A stretch of 64,000 bases of DNA from Rhodosorus marinus CCMP1338 (Eukaryota; Plantae; Rhodophyta): assembly GCA_029953675.1 (NCBI GenBank), contig JAMWBK010000002.1:2294001-2358000 (forward strand), in the 5' to 3' direction. Position numbers and translations under genes: made by a program. Below are positions 25,419 through 38,404 of this stretch, one piece after another. The notes beneath the pieces are model-generated. The model searched no databases and was not told the origin of the DNA. It worked only from the letters and a program-made list of their open reading frames with translations. Within the stretch, counting starts at the first letter, position 1; every line of letters starts with the position of its first letter.

Positions 25419-26066
25419 ATGGTTTTGAACGTTTACTCAAAAATGCAAGCAAACGTTGACGAGGTGCAGCCTGAAGGGAGCGAGACAGTTCGTAGTCCGG
25501 TCTCCCCGAAGAGGGATGAGGAAAGGCACCTATCTAGAAGCAGGATACTAGTCAGCGAACTAGAAAAAGAGTGTGAACGACTATTGAGATCTGCACAGAT
25601 CCCTTCAACGCTTGACCTCGAAGAACCTGACAGTGAGTTATCACGGGTTTCGAAACTTCGCAATCAGACAATCAGAAAGTTCTTTGAAATGGTTGTGGGC
25701 ATCCAGGGAGGGGCAAGCATATCACAAAAGAGAACAAGATTCCCACAAAAGACAACTAACGAGCTTCTGAAGTGCATTAAGAAACAGTCATCAGCCTCGT
25801 TGCCGACCGTCGAGCAACGAAGACGGCTTTGCAAGTCTACTGGGCTGAGTAGCAAACAGGTCAGCTTAACCGCAAAGGAGCGCTGCTCCCTGCGAGGCCG
25901 CACGACACCAGCAAAAAGCAGCTTAATAACGATCGTAAAACAACTTCCACCACGGCTTGCTCAGGTCAAGGACTGGTTCACAAACTATAGAAGGCGCCGG
26001 GTCCAACGTCAGAGCACGGGTGTAAGTAGCTCTTCGTCAGGGAGGAGCACGAGTGCGCATGACTAA
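25419..26066 (+). CDS. Divergent TALE-class homeodomain transcription factor (intron 25860-25964)
   Basis: KRTRFPQKTTNELLKCIKKQSSASLPTVEQRRRLCKSTGLSSKQ|VKDWFTNYRRR; FP-to-P spacing of 19 residues as in MEIS/KNOX. Confidence 0.8.
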   Translation: MVLNVYSKMQANVDEVQPEGSETVRSPVSPKRDEERHLSRSRILVSELEKECERLLRSAQIPSTLDLEEPDSELSRVSKLRNQTIRKFFEMVVGIQGGASISQKRTRFPQKTTNELLKCIKKQSSASLPTVEQRRRLCKSTGLSSKQVSLTAKERCSLRGRTTPAKSSLITIVKQLPPRLAQVKDWFTNYRRRRVQRQSTGVSSSSSGRSTSAHD

Positions 26067-26329
26067 ATATATGGCTGCAATAGAAGTTTTCACCTGCCCA
26101 TCATCAAATACTATGGACGCCCGGCTGGATTGTATGAAAGGGTTCGATGACTGGATGTGGGAGCCTCTCTATGTCTGAATTGATTTGCCTTCTTAAGATT
26201 TGGAAGCGCTACTCTAGTAGGATTCGAATGAAAGATCAGAATCCATCAGTCCTTAGCTGAGCACTTCACTCGAGGACTTGCCGCTTCTACAGGTTCTGGA
26301 ATCAATTCTGTATCCGAATCTGACCACCG

Positions 26330-27043
26330 TTAAACTGCTACCCTCTCTATCACGTAAATCAGCAAAGAAATCGATTCACCGTCATGCGTAGCAGTCATAT
26401 ACTCTGCCTTGACCTTCTTCAGGTTCGGAAGTTTGAGACCCTCCAAGAGCCCGTCGATCCTGCCCTCTTCCAGCCAGCCGTGTACACCTCTCTCCACGTT
26501 GTGTTCTTCCATCATTTCTTCCAGGTCAACCAGCTCGGCTACGATGAGATGTCCACTGGGCAACACCGCCTCCACGAGGCGTTTTAGAGCCGACGATGGT
26601 TCACTGACGTGATGGAGCACGAACGGCGCCAATACCAAGTCATAGTAGGCCTTAGGAAGCTCTGATGCATCGGTCTTCTGAAGAACTTGTCCTCTGTACG
26701 TTGCCGACAAGCCTTTGGACTCGATCGCAGATTCGAATATACTAATCATGTTCGGGGCAAGGTCCATCCCCACGCCTTCGCTAACCAACTCGGACAGACC
26801 CAGAATTACTTTGCCGGGACCACAGCCAAACTCAAGCACCTTGAGTCCGCTTCCTGCATTGAAACTGTACGGCTTCACGTTTTTCATGAAGGCTAAGGTG
26901 AAGTCCACGCACTTGACAGAAGTTGCGGAGGCCAAGCCCATATCGTTGTACTCCTTTGCGCTGTCGTTCCACGAATCCTGTCCTCGTTTCTTATCTTCAC
27001 CACCGCCATGCTCGTGGTGGTGAGCGGGCTCTTCAGCGGACAT
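26330..27043 (-). CDS. Class I SAM-dependent methyltransferase, intronless
   Basis: VLEFGCGPGKV motif I; GMDLAPNMI; YDLVLAPFVLHHV; LPSGHLIVAEL. Confidence 0.88.
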   Translation of the reverse strand: MSAEEPAHHHEHGGGEDKKRGQDSWNDSAKEYNDMGLASATSVKCVDFTLAFMKNVKPYSFNAGSGLKVLEFGCGPGKVILGLSELVSEGVGMDLAPNMISIFESAIESKGLSATYRGQVLQKTDASELPKAYYDLVLAPFVLHHVSEPSSALKRLVEAVLPSGHLIVAELVDLEEMMEEHNVERGVHGWLEEGRIDGLLEGLKLPNLKKVKAEYMTATHDGESISLLIYVIERVAV

Positions 27044-28714
27044 AACCCTTTCAAAACCTGTCTGCCGTCACCCAGATAGAGAGAAAAAAAGGAAAAAGAG
27101 AACACCCTCAATACAGTTAAACTCCCTACACGGAACTAAACACACACACGCACACACAGACACGTACCCCGATCAAGTGCAAGCGAGATTCCCAGACAGA
27201 TCCCTTCTGGCAACCAGCTCGTTCGTAACAGATCTCCTCCTGTTGGGAGAATCGCTTTTCTTTTCGTTTTTTTTCCAGCTTGGTACCGAGTCTCAATCGG
27301 GTTAACCTCTGAGATGCTTAATCGATAGGACCCAAAACGAACACGAATGGGTTTCTGAATCAATTCCGTTCCAAAACTGTCCGCTCTCAACGGTGGTGAT
27401 CGATGGGGCCGGGGGGGAAGGGGGTGGGTCGAGGCCGTTTTGGTTCTTTAGCCGCTCTGAGATATCTGGCGGATGGACTAGCCCGTCTAACAACTCCGGC
27501 GTATCTGTAATAGTCTGAAAGACAACCAATAAACCAAAGGCGTCACGGACTGATCCTTCCAGAGACGTCCAAATGGTTCCTTCAGCCTCTCAAAAACGCC
27601 CTTTCAACCCCGCCAAACCAGACCCAAAAATGCACACGTTGGGCCGGGCTTTCTCACAAACACCCCACGGCTTAAAACTTCCACGAGGAAAGCGCATGAA
27701 GAGCGCGGAATCTTCAAAACATAACAGAACATTACAAAAGTATCCAAAGGAACGCCTCATCGTGGTAGTCTTTCCGGCCGACAATTCGCCACTACAGAAA
27801 GCCTCGTCCGCGCCCCCAAAAACGGTGATTTTCCGCTCAAAAAAAAAACCTGCTCTTTAGTTGCACAATATACACTAGTATATTGTACTAACGAAATACG
27901 TGCTGCCAAGTAAGCACGGATCTCTTCGCGGGTATGGGAACGGTTCTACAGAATTAAAATCTGAACCAGCGAAGAGCAAATGCTCCTTACATTGAATAAT
28001 GGTGCTCCTTGCGAGATCTGCGCTTGGTTCCAGTTACTTTCGCTGATGAGCGTCCTCATGAGTGTTTAGCAAACGAAACATCTCACGCTCCCAGCGAGCC
28101 GAGCCCTGTACCATTGCGGGATACTCACGTAGGCACCATGGCTTACCGTTGGACGCTCCTGAAGAGCTAGTGCTTTTCTTTTCTAACTTATCTTGTCAGT
28201 TCATCCTTTCCACAAACGCATTCCAAAGTTAAGCGATGAGCACCCTGCTCAGCGCGGCCTATATATTGAGAGATTTGCGCTTCAAGGAGGAAGAAGGAAG
28301 AGAAGGCAGAGGTCTGTGAGATATCGAAGTTCCAAAGGGTTAGGAAGAGTCTAGGAAAAACTTTAAGAGGACAGCCGTTAAAGACGTGGTTAGGTGAGGA
28401 AGGTGAAGGTGGAAGTTACGACGTTTTGTGGAAGGTGCTCAGCGGGGCTTGGACTCGTGAGGAAACGGTTTGCTTCTTGGGTTGGGAGCATGACCAAATC
28501 TTTTTTGCTTTTGTTATTGTCTAGTTGAAGTAGCGAATTAATATTTGCGGCTCAACGCCCGGAGCAAATTGTCCTTTGTCATAGGGAGAGACTGCGAGGT
28601 CAAGAGGGTTCTCCGAGGGTTTGAGACGAAAGCGGTTGGGCCCGTGCCTGGGTGAGGCAGGAGGGACGTTTGAGGAGGGGGAAAGGGTTTGGGCGCCTTT
28701 TTTTTTGAGAAGCA

Positions 28715-30315
28715 ATGTCGGCTCTTCAGTTTTTGAATAACAAGAGTTGGTCTGTGGCCAAGCTCAATAATAAGGAGAAGGTATGGATAGCAGAACAGAA
28801 GGCCGCGGAGGAAAAGAAAAAGGTTGAAGTGTTGAAGAAAAAATTATTAGAGGAAAGGCAGCTGGAGGAGTTGAAGCGTCTGGAAGTCGAGTCTGGAAAG
28901 CTAGACCCCTCTGTGCTTAAAAAGGATGAAAAGATTGATTGGATGTATGAATTCGGGAAGAAGGGGAAAGAGGAGGAGAAAACTCAGGAAGAGTATTTGA
29001 CTGGGCAAAAGGAAGCTCAGCTTAACGAACCTACTGAGGAAGTCGCTGGCTCGAGTTCCGGTGGTTTGCTCGGGTCGACGGGCATTCGGGACACTGCAGC
29101 TAAACTTTTGGAAGACCCTTTGATGCAAATTAAACTTGAGGAGCAAAAGGCTATGAGAAACCTTCTCAGCAACCCCGTCCGAATGGAGAAGATTAGGAAG
29201 GACATGGAGGCTCGAAAGTCTGATAAGAAGAAAGAGAAGAAAAAGCACAAGAAAGAGAAGAAGGAGAAAAAGGACAAAAGGGACAAGGCAGAGAGAAAGG
29301 AAAGGAAGAGAAACCGAGAAGCCCCTGAAGACCACCACGATCGACACCAGGAAAAAAGGCATCGACGAAGACCGTCGCCTGATGATGAAAGCCCGGAGCA
29401 GCGAAAACACGGAAGAAGAAGATCGCCAGATGAGGAGAGTCCAGTGCTGCAAAGGCACCAAAGGAGAGGGCCACCGCATGATGAAAGTCCACAGCGAGAA
29501 ACACACAGAAGAAGACGCTCGCCTGATGATGGGAGTCCAGAGCTGCAAAGCCACCGAAGGCGGTGGTCCCCCGATGAAGACAGCCCCAGAAGGCGTCACC
29601 AGCGTGCCTCAAACTCGAGTCGAGAGTTCTCAGGTCGCCAACGGTCCGAAGGGAGGAGAGATGGTTACGCAGGTCGTCCACATCGGCGTGATGATCGCCA
29701 CTGGTCTCGCCACTCTCCTGACCGCAATGGAACATCACAAAGAGCTCGTCATGGGCGAGATGACGGAAACGGAAAGAGGACTATTGATGCGTTCAGGAAG
29801 TTCGATCGGGACAACAACGAGAAAGCCAGACGTGAAGTTGACGAGAGGCATCGTACGCGGGATGGGCCATCCCAAAACAGAGCCTCACAACTAGCTGAAA
29901 TGCAGGCCTATGCTGCCGAGGTAGGAAGACGCGGCTGATGCGATGAAGGAGGGCGCCTTTCTCACATCAGCGCTTTTATCATTGGTTATTGTGCAGAACG
30001 AAACTGAGCGGAGAAGAAGGTACACTAAGCATATCAATGAAGCAGAGCGAGAGGAGAAGCTGTACAAATCTCGCGCTCATGAGGACGATGAGGCAATCAG
30101 GGAGAACTTCATCGACAGGGTATCCAGAGTAAGCTTAGTTGAATAAGTGCTAAAGTTGACTCGATCTTGGCCGGCACCAAATTGTTTGCTAAAAGTCTGG
30201 AATATTCTTGATCACTTTTCAGGACGCTCACAAAGGTGGAAACGTGTCCTCCAACCTGCAGCGCAACAGAAATCGCTTGCAGAGAAGGAACGCGGATGAA
30301 TTTGGCCGCCTATAG
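28715..30315 (+). CDS. CWC25: Pre-mRNA splicing factor CWC25 (3 exons) with R/S/D-rich repeats
   Basis: LQFLNNKSWSVAKLNNKEKVWIAEQK; KIDWMYE; EDPLMQIKLEE; C-terminal NLQRNRNRLQR. Confidence 0.9.
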
Positions 30316-32974
30316 TATCCGACTGTCGCCAATGACCACACTGCTTGGATGAGTTCTCTTGCTTGGGTGTGTTTCTCTCGTAAGCAGAACTTTGATTTGA
30401 AAGTTAGGTCCTTCTTCGCCAAAAAAAGGCTGTACAGTCCTAAAAGCCTGCATGAATGCTTTCTCCTCCATACGAAACGGAATCATGGAGGAATGACTCC
30501 AGGTTGTTGAGGATAGCTTCCTGGAAATACATCCGCCTAGATTTCTACGCTTCTGGTTTGTGACCCCGGAGTAGTTTTGGTCTTTAGGCGCCTGATGAGT
30601 AGTAAGCCTGGATACTTTGGCTTTGTGATCACGCCCATTCTTCAGATACAGGCTGGCTCAAGCGACTGACGAAGTTCTAGGCATGGTAAGTCTACCCTCG
30701 TTAGCGCCACCCTCATTTGTGCGTGTATCAAAGCCTGTCGTTGAGGCATTCCTCGTACTAGATGAGTCATCCAAGATATCATTACAGTAACTAGTAGGGC
30801 GGACTGAAACTCAGGCAGAGTCCACAGTCGATCTTCCTGTAATGCGCTCCTAAGTTCTGAACAAGTATGGACAGAATCTCGCCGCCCTCCAGATTTATCA
30901 GTTCATGCCTTTGTAACGACGTTAATCCCCGTTTGTCCCGGGTATGCTCCCGCCCCGAGTTACCAAAAAGGTCTTCGGGTCAGCCCGTTCTTCCTGGCCT
31001 TCCGTCGGCTGCGTAGGGTATCCATTCGGTCCATACATTCTAGCAAATCAGCGGCGTCAAAAGTTGTCAGTCATTGAACAAAACCCTCTCCGCTCGTCAA
31101 CCAGAACATAAAATCCTCTGTCCCTAAAAACTCATCGCTTTCCCCAATCTCAAATGTCTCAGCAATCCACATAATCAAGGCACACAAGTTAATTCATTCA
31201 AAAAAACAAAAAAACAATGATAGTATACCAAGAATCCCTTCCATATAGCCAATATACGATACAAAAAAACGGTCATGATCAACCACAAAATTTATTACTA
31301 CATTTCAATCTCCTGACACAAACGTCGATTTCAGTAGCGTCCGTAACCGAATACGGACAACGTGTATTTCGTCTGATATTATTTCCATTATTCATTCATT
31401 CACCCCCCTCCCTGCTTGTGGACTTCAGGAAGCGGGGGGTTCAAGATAAACCCCTCTTGCAGAGGGCAAGCCATAAAAATTATTTGCAATTATGAAAATA
31501 ATTAAAAGGATTTTGTATTGGAGAAACTTTTTCTGAATGGGGAGTAAGACACCCCTGGAAATTGAGTTGAATTCACAATGGGTGCATGTAACCCCCCCTT
31601 CCAACCACTTTGCTTGAAGAAGTAATTTTGCGGGAAATATGTTTCGCGAAATTTTGAGTAGATTTCTGGTGTCCTGTGGCTGTGTCTCTTTCAGTGTGTT
31701 TGAACAGATTGGAACTTGAAACGCCAATAGCAAACGACGCCCCCTCTCTTTCCTAACAAAAATAAGATTAAGAAGTCCATAGAAACCTAAATAAAGAAAA
31801 ATTAGTTTAGACCATGTTTACATTAAATCGTTGTAATAGGGTGAATTTGCGCTGTACGTTCTTAAAATTAGAAATATTACTCCTGTTTTGTACTCCTTGG
31901 TCCCTAAGTAGGTTTCTCTCCGACCGGGGGGGTGGCCGCCGACACCTCAAAAAGATAGTAAGAATGTGCTCCATTGAAACTGAGTAAAACGAGAAAAACA
32001 TTTTTTCTTCTAAAATTCTTCACCAGTCCATTTGTCAGAGCCTCAATTTTCAGCGCAACCCAAACCAATTTCTTAATCTAGAAGCTTTGATTCTATATTA
32101 GTTCTCATCCACCAAAACATTTATTTCCGAAAACCTATTCTGCATGCTCTGTCTTGATTAAGAATATACTCTATAAATCTGGCTCATTCACCCTTTTTTG
32201 AATTTTCAGTTTTGTGTGTGAATTTTTCAACCTGAATTTTAGGATGTTGAAACGGCTTCCTTGTTTTTTATTCTGTTTTTCATTTCTGAACAGGAGCAGA
32301 ACAGAAATTGTAAGTTAAAAAAGAAGCTGAACTTGTAAACTTCTGTTTTTATAAACATTTATGAAGGGTTCAGAAGGGCTTCCCATATTGTGCCGAAAGA
32401 GAAAGGGGGTGTGGGTGGGGGGGATAGGAAAGAGCGTATTTCGTCTGTGGGTGTTTGACGTCCATGGAGGTGAAAGGAGTCGCATTGTGTTTCGTACGTC
32501 AACTATTGAAAGTGGACTGCAAGATTTCATTATCTTATCTTTCTGTCGGGGGGAAGTTTGGACGGAAAGCGGTTTTAAGGGAAAGGAAGGGAAAAGCTTG
32601 TGTGGTCTGTCGACTGTGTATATTGGTTTGGGAATCTTTAGCGTTCGTGTTGACGTCCTGGTACGTTTGCGGGGAAGGGGCTGCAGAGCCTTGGTTGCCT
32701 TTGGGGTTTTTTTGGTTAGATATTTAACCGCTTGGGTGAAAGGAGAGGGTGTTTTGCTTCTGGTTAGCTGCTGATTTGGCTGTAAACGGCCCATTGGGAT
32801 CCTAGATCCTGACGGAGTCTGCTTTGGCAACGGGTTATTATCCTTGGCGATTAGGAGGTTTGGTGCGATCAGGAGTTTTAAAAATGTATACGAGAAGGAG
32901 ACCGAACTAGTTCTTGCTTTTTCTTGTTAATTGAAAAGCTCAATCCAGAGTGCGTTTGCAGAACGCTTTGGACG

Positions 32975-35929
32975 ATGAACCGACCCGAAGTAGGGGGTGC
33001 GAACAACGCCGATGAGGAGCTGAGAGTCTGGGGAGACCAGGTTGGAGGGGTTACAAGCCCATCCATCGGGTCCCCGACTGCCAGTGGTCTTTCGAGGAGA
33101 GCCTCGAGCCTTAATCAGCTCGAAAGTTCTGCGGCGCTTGGTATCAGAAGAATGCCTCACTATTTCGGTAGTGACTTGCCTCAATCACCGCAGTACTCGA
33201 ATGGACCCGTGCCGCTGTCAGTACCAAGTTTCTCGCCGGAAACGTCAAGGGGTTCATCGTTGATGAATAATGGGAGTAACGGCAGCCATTTTGCTAGGAC
33301 TAGTTCCCCGATAGTTCTTAATTCTTTTGGGCAGAACGGGGATGGCGCTGCTTCGCCGCAGGTTGAGTCAATCATGGAGCGCCAAGCGTCACTGGGCGCC
33401 CCTCCGAAGAACCCGTTGTTCCGACTGCGAAGGATTTCTCGCAGGACCTTCAAGTTCAAATCGAAGAAAGAAATGGAGAAGTTGATTGTTTTCTGTTTGA
33501 TTATGCTGATTAGTGCGAGTATCTTCGTCTTACCCGCATATTTGAACTACCCTTCGGCACTTTCCGCATCTAACTTATCATCAACTCCTGAGGACCTGAG
33601 TCGTGCTCAGCCCGTAAAGCGAGTTGCAACCCCAACTCCTGCCCCTCTACAGGGTAAAAGGAACTTGACTAATTTAACCGCGGCCGAAGTACTCTATTTA
33701 AAGGGAGAAGAAAGGGTTGACGCCGAGTTGGAACCCGCCGTCATTGCTGAAGTTCGGCGCGGGGAATGGGAAAGAGCCCGACTTGAGGCCATTAGCACCA
33801 AAGTATCCCTAGTTGCTGGTGAGGATACATCTCCTCTTTCGTTTTGGTTAATAATATCTTCATTGCAAAGAGCTGCGGCGGCTTACACAGTTCGTTGGTT
33901 TTTCTTTCCCGTTTACTAGCGTGTAAGGATAGAACATCTATGTTGCACGAGTCGCTGCCAACCTGGCAGAAGGCGCTTGGGGACACGGACGAGATCATTA
34001 TCGTAGATTGGTCCACTTCCGCCGATATGCTCCGGATTCATGATTTTTTGAACGATATCGAGGATCCACGAATAGCTTCACTCAAGGTGGGACGGCAGAG
34101 CAAATGGATTCTCTCCGAAGCTTACAACTTTGCTTTCCAGTTCGCCACTGGGGAGCTCCTGCTGAAGGTTGACTGCGATACGAAACTACATCCAGACTTC
34201 CTGAAGCACCACGCTGTTGGTGAACGGAGTAACAGCTTTTATCGAGTGAACTGGTCCACGACAAAGGACATGAACGAGCAGCACTTGAGTGGTGTATTCT
34301 TGGTGCGAAAATTGCACTTTGATGAGGTGCGGGGCTACGATGAGAGAATTCAGTCTTACGGATGGGACGACTCAGACCTGTATATGAGGATCGAGCGGCT
34401 GGGCGTTACAGCACAAGATATTGATACGAACTTCCTGGAGCATATTCACCACGAGGATGTGGTTCGAGCTTCTGATCCTGAAGACCTGGAGAGTCCAACA
34501 TTCCACATACAAGTAAGCGCGTCTTATCCGTGAGCTGGAAATCTCTGGAACTAACTGACCGTGTGCTAACCACGCTTTCGGGATTGATAACAACAACAGT
34601 TGAACAGCCTATTGGTACAGCATGTTCCACCTTGGTCAGAAGCCTGGCTTACTGGTCATGCGCAGTACCGCTGCGTGTTGAGGACCGAGGATGGTCGATA
34701 TGTGGACGCTGAAATGACCCGTCCAGTGGCTCCATTGGAAGAAATAACATCGCCTGAAGTATATCTGGAGGCTGAGAAGCTCGCGTACAGCCGCGTGCTC
34801 CACGACAAGTACAGCATTCCGTGGGGAATTTTGCATGAAATCAAAGACCCCCTTCCTGATGTCTTGAGTGCGTTTCGTCATTTCAACACGCCTTCAGGGG
34901 CAAAAGCTAAGGGCGCCATTTTCGGAGAAGTTGTAGGAACTCCTGCGCAGCGTATTCTAGCTCTCATATCTATGGTTGCATTGGCCGACAAGCATGATCG
35001 CATTCTGTTCCTCACTTGGACGACTGGAGAGGAAGCGGAGGAGGAAGTTGCTGTTGACACGGGTCATATGCACCTGTCTTCCATGTTTGACTGGACGAAA
35101 AGTGGGCTTGTTGATGCACTGGAAGAGGGGAAGCGGGTAACTTCTCGGCTTTTCCCCATTGGCAGGCTGAGGTGCAAACCTGACCCGCAGTCCTGCTCTA
35201 GTTCGGATTCAGCCTGGAACACAGTTTCGTCTGGACTTAATGAAACTGAAATTGCGTTGACGTTGAGGGGAGCGCATGATGACAAGAAGCATATTCTTCT
35301 CCACCTGGACCACACCCTCAAAGGCTTGTCGCAAGAGGAACTCTTCAGCTCTTATCGAAGACTTGTGCCCTCAACAACGCTGATGGAACGTGTGAGAAAA
35401 TTCGGCGACACTTCCAAGAAACTTGGAGTTTACGTTGGAATGCACATGCACCCGAAACAGATCGTGGACTTTGCGAAGCGATTGAAAGTACGTTGGGTTG
35501 GCAATTGCTTTATGATGATACCTGTATTGGGGTGTAACGAACCTGCAAACGTAACTAACCTCTTGCTCTTGTTCTGCTAATGCCTTGCAGAAAATAGCAT
35601 TCCGAAACGCTAACGAATTTCTTGTCGTCGGAAGTCAGCACGGCGAAGTGGAAGACTTGCGCAAGGAACTGGACATATCGTCGTGGGACGATGACGTCGA
35701 GCACGAGACCGAGACTCACTACGAGAGGATAGTTAGAGAAGTCTCCGAATTGTACGCGTTGGGCCAAGCCAGGACCATTCTCAATGACGGTCGCTGCCCT
35801 GCCGAGGTGCACGAGCTGATATCAATTTTGAACAGTGGGAAGTCGTCTCATGAGATGAACATTACCTCCGATAGTGTCCGGATGACACGAAATCTAACTA
35901 AGATCAGAAATACTAACGTAAGAAAGTAA
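32975..35929 (+). CDS. Type II membrane glycosyltransferase: GT-A (GT2/GT7C-like) domain plus degenerate GT-B/fucosyltransferase-like C-terminal domain (4 exons)
   Basis: TM LIVFCLIMLISASIFVLPAYL; KVSLVA|ACKDR; IIIVDWS; LKVDCD (DxD); GYDERIQSYGWDDSDLYMR. Confidence 0.8.
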
Positions 35930-36170
35930 AACAATGCTGCTGTGAGAAAGCAGCTGCTATTGTTAAAATTGAGGTTCATGCCAGTTCTACAGTGCGGGTC
36001 GTAGAAAAATCTTTGCAAACGGATCCGCGCAAGCGCAAGCGTCTCTCGCAGGTTGTCACAACGGGACAAGTCAGTCTTAAACTTTATAGTTGGGTTAGAA
36101 TGTTAGATTTTTCCGCTGCGTCTGACGCGCCAAGTACTAGGTTGCAGGCAAGCATGGGCTCGACCAAGTG

Positions 36171-38039
36171 CTAGTGTTGGTTCGGCCCAATGTCCATTGT
36201 TAGACGCTTTCCTACCGCAAAGCAGGCATAAGCACGGTAGAACTCATCCGGCATCTCCAGGTAGTCATGTGTGAATTTCAACGTCGGCAGATCCGCGAAA
36301 TAGTTAGCCGCGAGGACCGAAGCGTTCTTCTCGAGCACACTGAGAATCTCGTCGAGAGCAGTCGCATCCTCTCGGTTGATAAGCTCGGACAGTTCACGAA
36401 GGAACTTTCTTATCCGCATCGAGACAGCTACACTGTGCGCGTGAGAGATCGATGTCTCTGGATCCAGATCAAGAAGCGGGTTCAGAAAGACATGCTCTTG
36501 GTGGAGCATGATGTAAACCAATGTCTTGCTCGACGTCGTCTTGAGTATTGAGACAAGAAGCTCCAGCATGAGTGACGTGATCTCGATAAGCCCTTCTGCC
36601 TCTTCCCGACGGTGAGCATTCTCCGAGGCTTTTCTTCGACGACGAAGTAAAGACTCCACTATCCTCACCATTCGTTCCGCGAAGCTGCTGCGGACTGTCT
36701 TCAGCTGGTAGCTGACATTGGCAGCCACGGCGAGAGGATACTTCGTCGCTTCGACGTTGTCAGATTTTACGACCAGATACCTGAGAACAAGCAGTGAGAC
36801 GTGCACGACCAGCTCTGCAAGCGACAGTGCCACTCCCTTCCCGACTCCGAGCTCCGTAAACGAGTCTGCGGCGTTGCTAATCAGGGAGGTACCAAGCGAA
36901 TCCGAAAATGCAGATGATTCGGTCATGTTGAGGAGTACAGACATCACCAGAGATACGGTTGGGATTTCACCAGATCTGCTCGCTTTCAAGGCAAGATGTA
37001 GCAGAGGCAGGACGATTATCTCCGGATCGGTTCTTGCCACGGAAAAGATTTTAAAGCGACGATTACTGGTCAGCAGTAAGTTACACACGATTGGACCTCG
37101 CTCGCCCTCGCTCCATACCCCAACAGCATCGAACAGCATTCGGAACGGGACTCGTACCCGATCTTCTCCGGGTGTCTCCTTACGGCTTGAGTTGCTAATA
37201 TCCGCCAAGACCTTTCGATGTGGTCCGTCCCATTCGGTTCCGCAGAGCAGCACCAAGACGCTGAGAGCAACGTCCGGAATCAGATCCGCAATGTCACGGT
37301 TGGATGACACTTTCGACGTGGAAAGTGTTCTCAGCATATACAAGGCACTCTTCATTCTTGTTGTAAGAGATGAGTCTTCTTCCTCTTGGCTCGCTCCCAG
37401 CTTGTGTTTTGATCCTTTTGAGGCAAGCATCAGCAGCTTTGCAATGAACTGTTCGCGGCGAGGGTGGGCGTTGATTATGGAATGAAACAGCTGGACGTCG
37501 TAGAATTGAGCGCAGCAGTGCACGAGGGAGAGTTCCAACGCGGCTAGGGTAGTCCCGTTGTCGATTGCAAAGATGATTGCGTCAATTGTTGCTACCGCCT
37601 CATTGTGCAGCAACGCCTTTCCCAGAAGCTCCGAGTCCTGAAGCTGGTCATCGTCTTTCGCGCATCCAAAAAGTGACATGCAGTCCACCTCACTGAAGCC
37701 TGTCTGTAACGATGCCGCAATAACGACGGCCAGAATTCTGCCCATGATAACGCAACTCTGGTCCACCTCGTTCAACTCCCCCATGTTAGAGGAAGACCTT
37801 TTCGCGTGATCAGTCCATCCTTTCGCAAATCCGCTCAAAATCTGCCGTATTCTAATATGATCATCGGATGAATCCCTCAGCTCCTTAAGCAGCTCAGAAA
37901 CTCCATCGATCTCGCTCCTCCAGTCCCATTCTTCCAAGGACAGAACTCCTCCGCCGCCTTCAGAGGAATCAGCACTTCGAAGAACCTCCGCTACAGAAGT
38001 GCTTCCAGAAGACTGGCTCGTAGATCCAGCCTGTCCCAT
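36171..38039 (-). CDS. DYM: Dymeclin-like Golgi protein, intronless
   Basis: N-terminal MGQAGST (myristoylation-type); TLVYIMLH; ARTDPEIIVLPLL; C-terminal LKFTHDYLEMPDEFYRAY. Confidence 0.8.
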   Translation of the reverse strand: MGQAGSTSQSSGSTSVAEVLRSADSSEGGGGVLSLEEWDWRSEIDGVSELLKELRDSSDDHIRIRQILSGFAKGWTDHAKRSSSNMGELNEVDQSCVIMGRILAVVIAASLQTGFSEVDCMSLFGCAKDDDQLQDSELLGKALLHNEAVATIDAIIFAIDNGTTLAALELSLVHCCAQFYDVQLFHSIINAHPRREQFIAKLLMLASKGSKHKLGASQEEEDSSLTTRMKSALYMLRTLSTSKVSSNRDIADLIPDVALSVLVLLCGTEWDGPHRKVLADISNSSRKETPGEDRVRVPFRMLFDAVGVWSEGERGPIVCNLLLTSNRRFKIFSVARTDPEIIVLPLLHLALKASRSGEIPTVSLVMSVLLNMTESSAFSDSLGTSLISNAADSFTELGVGKGVALSLAELVVHVSLLVLRYLVVKSDNVEATKYPLAVAANVSYQLKTVRSSFAERMVRIVESLLRRRRKASENAHRREEAEGLIEITSLMLELLVSILKTTSSKTLVYIMLHQEHVFLNPLLDLDPETSISHAHSVAVSMRIRKFLRELSELINREDATALDEILSVLEKNASVLAANYFADLPTLKFTHDYLEMPDEFYRAYACFAVGKRLTMDIGPNQH

Positions 38040-38404
38040 TTAACGATCCGCTTTCAACAAAAACTCTCTTACCCCAAACAACAAAAACAAAAAAAAAAAA
38101 CACAACACCAGACCAATACGAACAGGTGCTTAGAAAATATCCAAACCCATCTCTCTTCAAAGATGACTCCCAAGCACGAGGCGAGCGACAACACAGAATT
38201 TCTCAATCTTACGCTCTCCTCATATTGCTATGGTTTCCTTCACATGTTCCAAATTCAATTTCCAGAAGAAGAAACGCAAACAGCCCAGATCCCAAAGCTT
38301 GAGTGTGGCATTGCCCCTCTCCGTCTTCGGAGGCAATGAGAACCTCCATGCACATTGCCCTGTCCTTAGAACCCCGACAACCAGACAAGCTGTCTTGGTT
38401 CGTC

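Noticed and set aside
23019-27043. MDR plus methyltransferase as a transferred bacterial operon
   Set aside because: Opposite strands, separated by a homeobox gene, and the methyltransferase lacks features tying it to that cluster.
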